Shown here piece by piece: positions 1 to 10,499 of a stretch of 64,000 nt of DNA. Numbering within the stretch: position 1 is the stretch's first letter; every line of letters starts with the position of its first letter. The stretch spans positions 186,001 through 250,000 of the forward strand of contig VRMN01000017.1 in assembly GCA_008690995.1 (NCBI GenBank). The letters run 5' to 3'. This DNA is from Porphyridium purpureum (taxonomy: Eukaryota). The translations under genes were made by a program, and so were the position numbers. Below the pieces are notes generated by a model, which ran no database searches, had not been told where the DNA came from, and worked only from the letters and a program-made list of their open reading frames with translations.

Positions 1-790
1 GGAATTCTTTGGACATAGCATCCAAAATTTCGATGAATTTTGTCCTTGGATGCCTTTTCACGAACTCAGATGCCTGCCCGGCCAACGTTAGGGGCAAAAT
101 GAGGCGGATATCGGAGTCTGACAGTGAATAAACGTGCTTAACTTCGAGAAGTTTGTCTCGCCAAACACGGAAGGGTACCTGCGCTTCGTCTCCCGAGTAC
201 ACGTGTTTCTCCAGTGCCTTGAGCACTCCACCGATCACGGCCGGGGGCACTGTTGCAGACGAGGACGCGGGTGCCTGACGAGAAGAGTGGGCACCATGGT
301 CTTCGCGTGGGGCGTAAATCGCGAAGTTTTCAGGGAGCGGGATGTTCGAGTCGAACACATCCCGTTGGACGGCGTACCTGGCAAACTGCATCGTTACGAA
401 CGGCCCGGCGGCACGCAAAGTTTCCAAAGTGACAATCTGATCGATAATCACCGACGCAAACTCATCCCGGGTGAGGTAGTCGCACGAGCGAAGAAGCCGG
501 TCCCAGTCCGGGTTTTCGGTTCTAATCGCTAGCCACGGATACTCGCCCGTCTCGTCGTCCTCGATGTCGACATACTTGCGAGGCTGCTGCCCGGCCACTT
601 GAAAAGTACCGGGGGCTCCCGATAGACGCGGGCTACTGCTCGTAGTGTGGTCCCCGCCCGTCGATGGCGCGCCGACTGGGTTGGCCGGGTCACTCGAAGT
701 GGGCGACGGGGAATCTCCAACGCGGCCGGGAGCACGCGATGCTCCACCGGCCGCTGCGCCGGAGCGCGTCCTTGGTCTATCCCTTGTCAT
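1..790 (-). CDS. Putative retrotransposon Gag-like ORF, truncated by window edge
   Basis: Hand translation: ATG at 790, frame open to position 2 (~263 aa). Low-complexity N-terminus, then YSGDEAQVPFRVWRDKLLEVKHVYSLSDSDIRLILPLTLAGQASEF, which resembles a retroelement capsid N-terminal domain. Not in the ORF track because it has no stop in the window. Confidence 0.5.
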   Translation of the reverse strand, partial: MTRDRPRTRSGAAAGGASRAPGRVGDSPSPTSSDPANPVGAPSTGGDHTTSSSPRLSGAPGTFQVAGQQPRKYVDIEDDETGEYPWLAIRTENPDWDRLLRSCDYLTRDEFASVIIDQIVTLETLRAAGPFVTMQFARYAVQRDVFDSNIPLPENFAIYAPREDHGAHSSRQAPASSSATVPPAVIGGVLKALEKHVYSGDEAQVPFRVWRDKLLEVKHVYSLSDSDIRLILPLTLAGQASEFVKRHPRTKFIEILDAMSKEF

Positions 791-1749
791 CCTTTGTTCG
801 AGTCAGATATGTGTATCCTGATTTCGAAATGTCCGATACAACACGTAGGAGCACGGCAACGTGCTCGTACTGATGTGAGGAGGGGAAGCGCTTGATGTTA
901 TCCCACAAGCGTAGCCACGCAGTGGACACCCACGCAATGGCTCCCGGTGCAGAAATCAAAGTTGCTCTTGGCAATACTTATAAACTTCTTTTATGCTATC
1001 CACTCCTGCCGTCCCTTCTCCAGTCGCTCGTCCGAGCCCCGCGAAAACAGGGGCTTAAATAAACGTATGCAGTCTACTGCGACTAGTGACATCTTCGGTG
1101 CGAGTGAACACTACAGTTGCAACACTCTATCTGTCGAAGCCGCAGGGTCTCACGGTAGAAGCGTATCCCAGCTGACGCCGCCACGTGCCTTTTGAGACGG
1201 AATGATGCTCGAACATCTGCTTGTCCTCGCACCTGGACCAATGCCCCCTTGTGCGAGCGTGCTGCAGGCCGGTAGCGTGTGCGCCCGCAGCCGCTTGGTG
1301 TGAAAAGGCAGCGCAATCGGTCGCCAGCCTGGGGAGAGCACAGACAATGAGATCCAGAAATAAGATTAGCGTTAAAGAAGTGCAGGAGTTCGAGATGCCA
1401 AATGGAGAAAATAGTAGGAGTCGTTTCACCCAGCCGCTGAAGCATATCCGGCTTTTCTGCCTGCCTGCGTAGTCCAATTCACGTTCTCCTCCCTGCTCGC
1501 TCCGGCGCATCGACTTGGCATACGTGCGCACGAATTGCGTGGCAAACCGAGTCTGCTAGCCCGGCGTTGCAGGCAGGCGCGGGCCACTTGGAAACCGCAC
1601 TTCATCATCAAAGCCATGCGCATATATTTACTTTGAATTCTGGGCTGCTGACAAGAAAAGAGACCGCAACTCAACAGCCTTCACGACAGCTCACTCGCAA
1701 AGAGCTCTTCATCCCCTCACATCGACATGCAGCCGACAGTCCTGCGCGC

Positions 1750-3450
1750 TCAAGCGCAAGTCAACATCCTACAATCAAGAGAAAACCCGCACAGCAGCGC
1801 AGAATTATCACTGAAAGTGTCGCAAGAGTTCAGGTTTCCTACACTCCAACAAGAGAGGTCCTGGCCAAAAGCTCGAGCGTTCCTAAACAAAGAGCCCATG
1901 TCTGTCACACTGCTGACGTCCCAACCAGAAATATCCTGGTTGAACGCGGCGGCGCTCCGAAACATGGCATACATGTCTGTCACACCGCTGACGTCCCAAC
2001 CAGATATATCCTGGTTAAAGGCAGCGGCGTCAGAAAACATCAAGCGCATGTTTGTAGCACTGCTGACATCCCAACCAGAAATATCCTGGTTAAAAGAAGC
2101 GGCGAGCCAAAACATACCAGACATGTCTGTCACACTGCTGACGTCCCAACCAGAAATATCCTGGTTAAAAGAAACGGCGCCAGAAAACATGGATGTCATA
2201 TGTGTCACACTGCTGACGTCCCAAGCAGATAAATCCTGGTTAAAAGCAGCGGCGTCGGAGAACATATAGCGCATGTCTGTCACACTGCTGACATCCCAAC
2301 CAGAAATATCCTGGTTAAAAGAAGCAGCGCCCGAAAACATGGAGGACATACTTGTCACACTGCTGACGTCCCATCCAGAGATATCCTGGTTGAAGGATTT
2401 GGCACCACTGAACATGTCGGACATGCTTGCCACACTGCTGACATTCCAACCAGAAATGTCCTGGTCGAAGGAGGCGGCGCTCCAAAACATGCCTGACATG
2501 TCAGTCACACTGCTGACGTCCCAACCAGAAATATCCTGGTTGAAAGAAGCGCTGGCGGAAAACATGTAGGACATGTCTGTCGCACTGCTGACGTCCCAAC
2601 CAGATAGATTCTGGTTGAAAGAAGCAGTGAACGAAAACGCGTGGGACATGCCTCTCACACTGCTGACGTTCCAACCAGATATATCCTGATTAAAAGAAAC
2701 GGCGTCATAAAACATACTGCCCATGTCTCTGACACTGCTGACGTCCCAACCAGAAATATCCTGGTTAAAAGAAGCGGCTCCCAAAAACATACTGTGCGTG
2801 TTTGCGACCCTTGACAAGTTCCACGTACCAATCTCGCCATTGAAACTTGAAAAAGAAAACATGAAACTCAGATCTGTGACTGTGGGCGGCAAGTCGGCAG
2901 GAACACTCTTCAGCGACCTTATTCCAGAGAACGCCCCAGTCAGCTTGGTCAGGCCAAGCTCACCCCACGAAGCTACATTGGTTAAGCCATTGAGGAACCT
3001 GATTCCGCTCAGATCCCCCGAGACCACGACTCGATAGTTTCCCTGAACACTGTAAAAGTGATCACATGTTCCCGTGCTCGCGTAGTTCGCCACCGTTCCA
3101 TCGCCAAAATCGACCGCAACGTCCACAGGCCCCGCAGAAAACTCGAAGGATACTTCAGAAACGTCCTCGTACTCGAGCACCATTTCTTTCTGGGCTTCAA
3201 CAATCTCGACGTACACCTCACAGGGCTGCGCCGTGCACTCTGGGAACTCCCTAAGACATGCCGCCGAGACGGCAGCGCATGGAATCGCGCCTGCAGCGTC
3301 TGGAATCAGGCCGCGTGTTCCCTCCGCCATGCACGGGTTGGTCAGTTCGGTGCGCTGGCAAAGCACCTGCGCGACCGCTTTGAGCCACGAAGACAGAGCC
3401 GCGAACAGTGCGATGGATACAGCCCAAGCGAACGGAAACATCCGCGCCAT
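1750..3450 (-). CDS. DUF285/BspA-like (PARCEL-repeat) secreted or surface protein
   Basis: Hydrophobic signal peptide, PKD-like segment (VDFGDG...HFY...G.Y.V), then ~14 tandem 25-aa repeats of the form FNQDISGWDVSSVTDMSxMFxxAxS. Confidence 0.9.
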   Translation of the reverse strand: MARMFPFAWAVSIALFAALSSWLKAVAQVLCQRTELTNPCMAEGTRGLIPDAAGAIPCAAVSAACLREFPECTAQPCEVYVEIVEAQKEMVLEYEDVSEVSFEFSAGPVDVAVDFGDGTVANYASTGTCDHFYSVQGNYRVVVSGDLSGIRFLNGLTNVASWGELGLTKLTGAFSGIRSLKSVPADLPPTVTDLSFMFSFSSFNGEIGTWNLSRVANTHSMFLGAASFNQDISGWDVSSVRDMGSMFYDAVSFNQDISGWNVSSVRGMSHAFSFTASFNQNLSGWDVSSATDMSYMFSASASFNQDISGWDVSSVTDMSGMFWSAASFDQDISGWNVSSVASMSDMFSGAKSFNQDISGWDVSSVTSMSSMFSGAASFNQDISGWDVSSVTDMRYMFSDAAAFNQDLSAWDVSSVTHMTSMFSGAVSFNQDISGWDVSSVTDMSGMFWLAASFNQDISGWDVSSATNMRLMFSDAAAFNQDISGWDVSGVTDMYAMFRSAAAFNQDISGWDVSSVTDMGSLFRNARAFGQDLSCWSVGNLNSCDTFSDNSALLCGFSLDCRMLTCA

Positions 3451-3829
3451 TTCAGCTTCGTGCTTCGATATCCTTTACAAAGCCCGGCAGCGGCGCACCC
3501 GTGCCCAGATGCCGCTCGAAGCAGCAAATGCACTTTTCTGATGGATATGTTCAGTGGCGATTGCGTGCGGAAGCTGTCGTGCACCTACCACCTCTGCGTG
3601 ATGCTCGTTCCGTTCCGTACGACCGCTCCACCCAGTTTGTGTCTTCCACGAACGCGCGTCCATCCTGCTCGTGCCCGCCGGCCCATTTGTATACACGACT
3701 GCTCTCGACGACAGAACGCAAAATCTATCAGGTGGGATTGCATGTGGCCAAAATGATTGAGCCACCAGCGTCTGGCCACATCCACGACGAGTTGGTCGCA
3801 AGACCCTTGCACCTCGCCCATTCACGCCA

Positions 3830-4480
3830 GCACGTGTCCATTGCGCGCATCGCCAGCGCAAAATCAACCAAATGGCACGGTGTAAAGGGTGACAGCGCTC
3901 GCACCACACCACGGCGTGTTCATCGCGCGCATCGCCAACGCAAAATCAACCAACCAACCAGGCGAAGGTGAAGGCGGCGCCCGCTCCACACCATCGCGTA
4001 TCCATTGCGCGCATTGCCAGTGCAACATCAACCAACAAGGTGTAATGGTCGGCAGCGCTCGCGCCTCACCAGCGCGTGTCCATGGCACGCACCGCCAACG
4101 CAGAATCAACCAACTAACAGGACGAAAGGGAAGGCAGCACTCGCGCCACACCACGGCGTGTCCATTGCGCGCACCGCCAAAGCAAAATCAACCAACTGGC
4201 ACGGCGTAAAGGGTGGTAGCGCTCGCACCGTACCACGGCGTGTCCATTGCACGCACCGCCAACGCAGAATCAACCAACGAACACAGCGAAAAGGAAGGCA
4301 TCACTCGCGCCACACCACGGCGCGTCCAGTGCACGCATCGCGAACTCAACATCAACCAACAAACAGGATGAAAAGGAAAGCAGCGCTCGCGCCACGCCAG
4401 AGCGCATCTATTGCGCACATCGCCAGTGCAACACCAACTAACACGGTGTAATGGTCGGCAGCGTGTGCGCCACACCACTT
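3830..4480. repeat. Degenerate ~81-bp tandem repeat, ~8 units
   Basis: Recurring core CACACCACGGCGTGTCCATTGCGCGCATCGCCAACGCAAAATCAACCAA about every 80-84 nt, with a variable purine-rich linker. Confidence 0.85.
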
Positions 4481-4874
4481 CGTGCCTACCTTGTCTCTGC
4501 GCGCACACAGACAGACACACACATACAGACACACAGACACTTTACACCGAGGCGCGTTCCACGCACACGCCAATGCACGTCCACGACCGCATCAAGCACG
4601 ACGCGACCCGCCATTCAAAAAGAAGGTCGCAACACCGCGACGCATTATGTCACCGCTGATTCCACGCATGTGGCGAGCAGCGCGGAAAACAGCGCCGCGA
4701 ACACCGCGAGGAGCGGCCGTCGCCGCGGCGGCAATGCATGCCGGAATTGCCACAACACTACACACGGATCGGCGATACGTGCCACAGCACACGCGCGCGT
4801 TCCACACAACCGGCGGCACGCGCTCGCAACGCCAGATATTCAACTGTACCTCACCATCACCCACTGTACATTGA

Positions 4875-4968
4875 TCCGTTAAGCCATTAACCCATTAACC
4901 CATTAACCCATTAACCCATTAACCCATTAACCCATTAAGCTGTTAAGCTGTTAAGCCGGTAAGCCGTT
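4875..4968. repeat. 8-bp tandem array (CCCATTAA)6 with degenerate flanking units
   Basis: Six perfect CCCATTAA at 4891-4938, flanked in phase by TCCGTTAA, GCCATTAA, GCTGTTAA x2 and GCCGGTAA. Confidence 0.95.
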
Positions 4969-5727
4969 TGGATTTGTGCGTGCGTGTGCGCGTGGGATTG
5001 TGATGTGAGGGCCTCTGCGCGATGGGATGCGCGACGCACAGGCGCGAGAACGAAGCGACGGCTGCGTTGGGGCGGCAGCAGCGCGCCGCAGGCAGCGGCG
5101 GGGTTCAGCTCGATGTACAACATGCGTGTATTTACGCACGCGCCTGTGAGCTCGTTGCTGGGGCTGCGGGAACCGGTCGTGGCGGCGCGCCTGCTCACCT
5201 GCGCGAGCCGCGCCCGTCAGCGCGGCGTGGAATGCACGTGACAATAATAGGCGGCTCGCAGAGCAGATATGCGCCGATGTCGTGCAATTCTTTGGTACGC
5301 ACGGCCCGCCTTGAGGCCAAGAATGCGTCACAAGAAATGCTGAAACGGACTTCCGCGCAGTTCCAGCTTGCGATGGCAGCTAGTCAGCAACTCTTCGGTT
5401 CTGCTGCCTACATGCCCAGCTGACTGCCATGACATTTGTCATTCAGTGCTGGACTGCTCATTTTGCTCCGTCGGAACGCAAAGTGCAGTCCTTGCGGCTG
5501 CGATGTTAGGTCGCCGCCGGTGGCTAGCGGGAGAATTCGCGCATGGCTCGCCTCTCAACGCCACCTTCTTTCGACATATCGCCGCCTTCTCGTCAACAAG
5601 CGGAGGCTCGCAGGTTATCCTCCTCGTCGGAATCCGTCTCGGTCCAGTGCGGGTCATCCACGTCGTCCGTCACCCTTCTGGCCTGCGCTCTTTGCTCCCA
5701 CCGCTGAGCCCACCACATATGCGAAAG

Positions 5728-6558
5728 TTAGCCGCGCAAAAAAAGCTCGACAGCGTCGCGATACTTGTCTGGCTCGTCCTTGAGCAGCGCGCAGTGCGGG
5801 CCCTCAAAGTCATCCACCCGCGTAAACGTCAGTCGCGCGCTATTGCCGGCGCGGGCCTGCTGCCGACGCAACCACGCGTCCACCTCGGAAAGAGGCACCA
5901 CGCGGTCGTTGCGGCCGTGCAGGCAAAGAACACGCAAGCGCGGCCGATTTAGATCACGCGGGCCCGTCCAGCGCCGCTCGAATACGAGGCGCAGGCTGCG
6001 CTCGCGCCGTGCCATGCCGCTCAGCGCCAAGTAGGATGTGACCGCACGCAAAACTAGCGGCCTGTCCGCTGTCTGGCGCGCGCACAGTCCCAACGCCACG
6101 GCCGATTCGATTACAGCGGCAGGCGAGATAGGACCCGGTGCCGAGTCTAGAATGAGACGGAGTCCGTCGCTGCCGCCAAACTGCTCGAGCTGGCGCGCAA
6201 AGCAGCGGTCGCGAAGCAGCTCGCACAAAAAGAAGAAGCCATTGTTACTAAACGCGTGGACAACCACACCGGCGTCGTGTTCATTGTCTCTCTCACTGTG
6301 CATGAGCTGTCGCATTCGGGCGCGGATCTGCTCGGCTTCAGTCTGTCGCGCACGGCTGAGCGGGCACAGCAGGCCCAGCGGAGACGGAGTGAACGCAAGA
6401 ATGATGTTTCTGCCCCTGACATCGCGGCCCGGCCGTTCCGCGTCCGTACCACGCGCAATGCTTTGATGCAAGCTCACGTACTTTTCCAAGTGGCGCGGTT
6501 GACACCCGAGCCAGCCGAGCAGCAGTGTGATCGGCCGCCGGAGCGGCGCAACGTTCAT
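5728..6558 (-). CDS. TMEM53/DUF829 family alpha/beta-hydrolase-fold protein
   Basis: Motifs LLGWLGCQPRHLEKY, VHAFSNNG, LILDSAPG, HCALLKDEPDKY. Confidence 0.85.
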   Translation of the reverse strand: MNVAPLRRPITLLLGWLGCQPRHLEKYVSLHQSIARGTDAERPGRDVRGRNIILAFTPSPLGLLCPLSRARQTEAEQIRARMRQLMHSERDNEHDAGVVVHAFSNNGFFFLCELLRDRCFARQLEQFGGSDGLRLILDSAPGPISPAAVIESAVALGLCARQTADRPLVLRAVTSYLALSGMARRERSLRLVFERRWTGPRDLNRPRLRVLCLHGRNDRVVPLSEVDAWLRRQQARAGNSARLTFTRVDDFEGPHCALLKDEPDKYRDAVELFLRG

Positions 6559-6595
6559 GGCGCGGTCAGTCAGTCAGACTTACCGTTCTTTCTCT

Positions 6596-8023
6596 TTACT
6601 TCGCGAATCCTTCAGACGTGTGGCGATCTGGCGCTTGATTGTCATTCAACAATGGCTCACTGGTATTCACGCTTGCAGCGTCGCGTCGCTCGGTGGCGTC
6701 ATGATGTGAAGCCGTCGCAGCGCGTATCTGGGAACCAGATAACGGCACGACCAACGAGCCGGGCGGTGCCGCCGAGCAAAGAATGAAGAGCCGCTGCTGG
6801 ATCTGATCCTCGAGATATCGCTCCGTGCTGCTAGGACGTGACGGCAGCACCTGTGAGAATTCGTTGCGTGAGTCACTGGCGCTCGATGCGCGGATTGCAC
6901 GCAGCTGTATGATCTTGACCATGTCTCGGTGATTTTCGTCCAGCACGCGATGGACCAGGTTGGTCTCAGCGGCGTTATTCGTGGACACATTTTCTAATAC
7001 AGACGGCTGCTGCGCCTTGCATTGTGTATCCGCGCTGGCGAAGCCTCGACCTTGCAAAAGGTCACGGCATAGTTGCGCTGCCGCCGGCGAGAATGAATGC
7101 GTGAACCCTTCCCGCAGGCGCAGTATACTCGCTGTCCCGGCTTCGGTTGTACCGGCGTGAGCGGCGTTCATTTTGGCCATGTCCAGAAGAACCGACATGG
7201 AGGGGTGCGCGGCCTGCGGTCGTGCGACTGCTTGTCTAATTTTTTGTTGCGCAGAGCGCAGCTCGTCAAACTCTGCAGTGACCTCGGCGCTGGACAAACT
7301 CAGCGATCCCTCCACCGCGCGGCGTTTCCGTGCGCCAAAGAAACCGAGTTGCTGTGCGCCTGACGCCTGCACTCCCGCGGGGGAGGCATTAGCTAGGCCG
7401 GACGCCCCGCCACCCGAGGTCGAGACCCCAGTGGCCTGAAGCTTCGCCACGAGCTGCGGGAAGCTTTGCTTCATGAGCGCCTTGAGCCGCTGCGCCTTTT
7501 TGTAGTAGTCCGAGCTGCTTGCATTGTACTTGCAGCAGTTGTTCCAAATCAGCTCCATATCGTCGCGCAGTTTTGCTGCGTCTGTATAATACGTTCCGCT
7601 CGCCAAACGCTCACGGAGCGTGCCCAGGTCCATCGGCGTCTCCACAATGCTCAAGTAGTCCGGCACCAAGTCGAGCGGCACAGGCTGCGTAAAGTACGAC
7701 GACTTGTCCCTCCTAATCATGCGATCCACCCACGCCAGGCCATATTTCCGCAACGGGTCGAAATGCGCGTATGGGTCCACTGCCACGTCGGGCGTTCCGG
7801 CGTCCGCATCGAGCGCCGCGCCGGGTGCCGCTGGACTGGACTCTGGCCCTGCGCCGGCCGTTTCATTATCTGTAAAGACGCTTCCATGGAAAGATGCGGG
7901 ACTTTGCGGATACAGGGGCGTGCCGCCACCTTGACTGCTACTACCACCCGCCAGCGCACTGCTACTCCCTCGATTTGGAGGTTTGCCCCGGGACTTGCCG
8001 CGGCTGGTTTGCGATGTTGGCAT
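6596..8023 (-). CDS. Bromodomain-containing protein
   Basis: FTQPVPLDLVPDYLSIVETPMDLGTLRERL...DDMELIWNNCCKYN is a canonical bromodomain. First ATG in the ORF is at 8023; the true start is uncertain. Confidence 0.85.
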   Translation of the reverse strand: MPTSQTSRGKSRGKPPNRGSSSALAGGSSSQGGGTPLYPQSPASFHGSVFTDNETAGAGPESSPAAPGAALDADAGTPDVAVDPYAHFDPLRKYGLAWVDRMIRRDKSSYFTQPVPLDLVPDYLSIVETPMDLGTLRERLASGTYYTDAAKLRDDMELIWNNCCKYNASSSDYYKKAQRLKALMKQSFPQLVAKLQATGVSTSGGGASGLANASPAGVQASGAQQLGFFGARKRRAVEGSLSLSSAEVTAEFDELRSAQQKIRQAVARPQAAHPSMSVLLDMAKMNAAHAGTTEAGTASILRLREGFTHSFSPAAAQLCRDLLQGRGFASADTQCKAQQPSVLENVSTNNAAETNLVHRVLDENHRDMVKIIQLRAIRASSASDSRNEFSQVLPSRPSSTERYLEDQIQQRLFILCSAAPPGSLVVPLSGSQIRAATASHHDATERRDAASVNTSEPLLNDNQAPDRHTSEGFAK

Positions 8024-8116
8024 GCTGGTGTGTACCGCCTCTGCTCTTTCCGGATCCGCTTGACTTCGTGGCTCCTTTCCGGCAAACAGCCACAGCGCGT
8101 GGGCCAAAAGCCGGCT

Positions 8117-8515
8117 TCAGTCTTCGCTTTCCTCGTCGTCCTGGTCTTCCACGACAACCCGTCTCCGCTTGCGCGACGCGAGAGGCGACGGCTGCGGTGC
8201 TGTCTGAGGAAGCGGCGCTCGTGACGCCGCGGAGTCCAGCCGCGCGTCTGACGCAGCACTTTTGCAGGACGTCGAAGGCTCTGCGCGGTTCTGCGCCGTC
8301 TTCTGCAGATGCTGCTCAAACCTGAGCTCCTTCTGGCGCCTCCACAGCTCCTCCTCCAGCCTCTCACGGAGCTCGATCTCGCCGGCGCGCGCCTGCTCGC
8401 TCAACCGCAATACCTCGCTCAAATCGCGCGACGCGTTATAGTACACCACTTCCGCTTCTGTCTCACATCGCCGCTCGGGCGCTACCGACGTTCCACCCTT
8501 CCTGCGTCGTCCCAT
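8117..8515 (-). CDS. Small coiled-coil protein with basic NLS-like and acidic tail (or 5' part of the bromodomain gene)
   Basis: ATG-initiated 132 aa; ELRERLEEELWRRQKEL helix, RKRRR motif. In frame with the bromodomain ORF, separated by a single TGA. Confidence 0.5.
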   Translation of the reverse strand: MGRRRKGGTSVAPERRCETEAEVVYYNASRDLSEVLRLSEQARAGEIELRERLEEELWRRQKELRFEQHLQKTAQNRAEPSTSCKSAASDARLDSAASRAPLPQTAPQPSPLASRKRRRVVVEDQDDEESED

Positions 8516-9706
8516 CCACCATCACCGTCCATACATCCGCCTCCTCTCTCTTCTCTCTTCTCTCTTCTCTTCTGTCGCGTTCAGAAATGGGGACTTTTCG
8601 TAACGCTACCAAGTGCGATCAGATCTATGCGCGACTGTGCGAGAGAGATGTGACACGGCTGCGCAGGGCGCAGCGCAGATGGCGTTGCGGTGCTGCGGTA
8701 AACCGGTCTGCGTCGGACACTCCGCAGAGCGGCGGTCTAAATCTACCAAGCAGGCACTTTATGTTCGTGGCTGCGTTCTGCAGCACTCCCGCTTGCGCCA
8801 ATACTGCCGCTCGACGTCACTTCACTCTGCCGCTGACCACGGAACGCGCTCACGCACCGGCGCATTGTTTATTTATTCGTTTGAGAAACAGGCTTGAATG
8901 CCAAAGACCTCAACCGCCAGCTTGCGCCATGTGAAAACGATAGACTAAATGCGTTCCGAGAACTCCAAACTCAGAATACGCGCGTTCCACCGTCGCGGAC
9001 CGCACAGTTAGGCATCGCCCACCGTCTGCGCGTGCACCACTCACCTCACTTGCGCTGCTTTGCACGGCATTTCGCCACCAGCGCGCGTTCCACGAAAAGC
9101 AGAGTGCAGGGGCACAGCATCAAGCACGAAGGCGGCGCGCTTCTTCCTAGCCAGAAAGCCGCGAGCGCAGCGCGATGCCGACTCAGCCCTCCTTGCCCGA
9201 GCGCCGGCGGATATCCACTCGAACCAACTGCTTCATTTTCGCATACCAGAATTCATGACTTGCGGCGCTCGCTGTATACCCTACAGCCGCGAGACGACAC
9301 AAGCGGTCTTCATCACCAGCCCGCGAACAGCATATCAGACCAAGCCATCCTCACCACACCGCCACACAACAGCCTCCTCCGTCTGGGTTGAGAAGGGAAC
9401 CTGCTGGTGGCGATGGTCGGCTGAGCGGCAAGAGCGATGGAGAACATATGCGTTTGGGGGTTTCAGCCGCGCACAAAGCTTGGCGCGCAGAGAGCGCGAA
9501 CGCGGCGGCTGTTGGTACGGAGTGCGAGCTGGAATAAGTTATGCACGCTGAGAAACTTGATCGACTTGGTCGTTGCATTGCAGGTTGACCATCTGTCGGA
9601 GCAAGGTTTCCGAACTATTCGTTGCCGGTTCCTTATCGGTTCGGTTTATGCCGCGGTAAACCGAAAAGGGATGTGGGAGGTACAGTGCGCAGAGACGCGC
9701 TGTGTT

Positions 9707-10090
9707 TGTCACCGCCCAGAAGACCCAAGGCTTCTATCCAGAGCCCAGGCCCAACAGCTTGGCGGCTAAGCTGTCCACCTGGGACTTCTCCTCTCCCCTG
9801 TTGGCAGTACTGAAGATTGCACACCAACAAATTTCAACAAATAGGTGCTTTTACTCTCGCAATCCTCCCTTTCAAACTTTTCCAACGTGAGCGGCCGGCT
9901 GGCTCGCATCCATTTTATACCCGTCGGCTGGCCAGAGTCCGCCATCTCGCACAGTCTCACATCTCCACCGAAACGCCACTCCAGTCGCCACTCATACCGC
10001 CATCACCAGTCCGCACCCTCTTCGTCACTGCGCGCTGCAAGTCTGCATCTGCGTGGCGCTTCAGCAGCGCGTTTCGAAGCGCCTGCAACA
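9707..10090. mobile_element. Solo LTR-like repeat, copy 1 (384 bp, TG...CA)
   Basis: Starts TGTCAC, ends GCAACA. Near-identical direct repeat of 16311-16694. Flanks TGTT (left) and CACT (right). TATAAAA on the minus strand. Confidence 0.85.
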
Positions 10091-10499
10091 CACTGCGGAA
10101 GCTTGTTCACTCCCACTGTACCTCCACGACGGGTCCTCACGCAAGGACTTCGACTTGTGCTGCTTGTCTTCATTCCGACTCCGCGATCAGCGACCCGCTC
10201 GACGCGGAATTCCATCCAGAAGCAATCCAGAGTCCAGTCAGGCCAAGGCGGAGCGCTCGGACAGCTCAGCTAATCACAAGGCAGGTTTATACACTCACTC
10301 ATCAAGAGACATAAAAAAGAATTAAGAAAAATATAAAAATAAGGAAGGTCCGACGTTGCAAAGCTTGATCCGAACCGACCGGGCAGAGCACAAATTGCTC
10401 ACCCTTCCACCGAACAAACCACAGACGCAGCAGGGACAGCAGCGAGCTCACCCCAAGCTTGTGAATGCCATGACGAACGCCATTGAGGAGACGAAATCA

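Noticed and set aside
1567..3037. Plus-strand repetitive ORFs (LLTSQPEISWL...)
   Set aside because: Antisense shadows of the DUF285 repeat array.
3830..4480. CRISPR array
   Set aside because: Repeats are degenerate, linkers are related to each other rather than unique, there are no cas genes and the context is eukaryotic.
8117..8119. Selenocysteine codon
   Set aside because: No redox-motif context and no SECIS identified; bromodomain proteins are not a known selenoprotein family.
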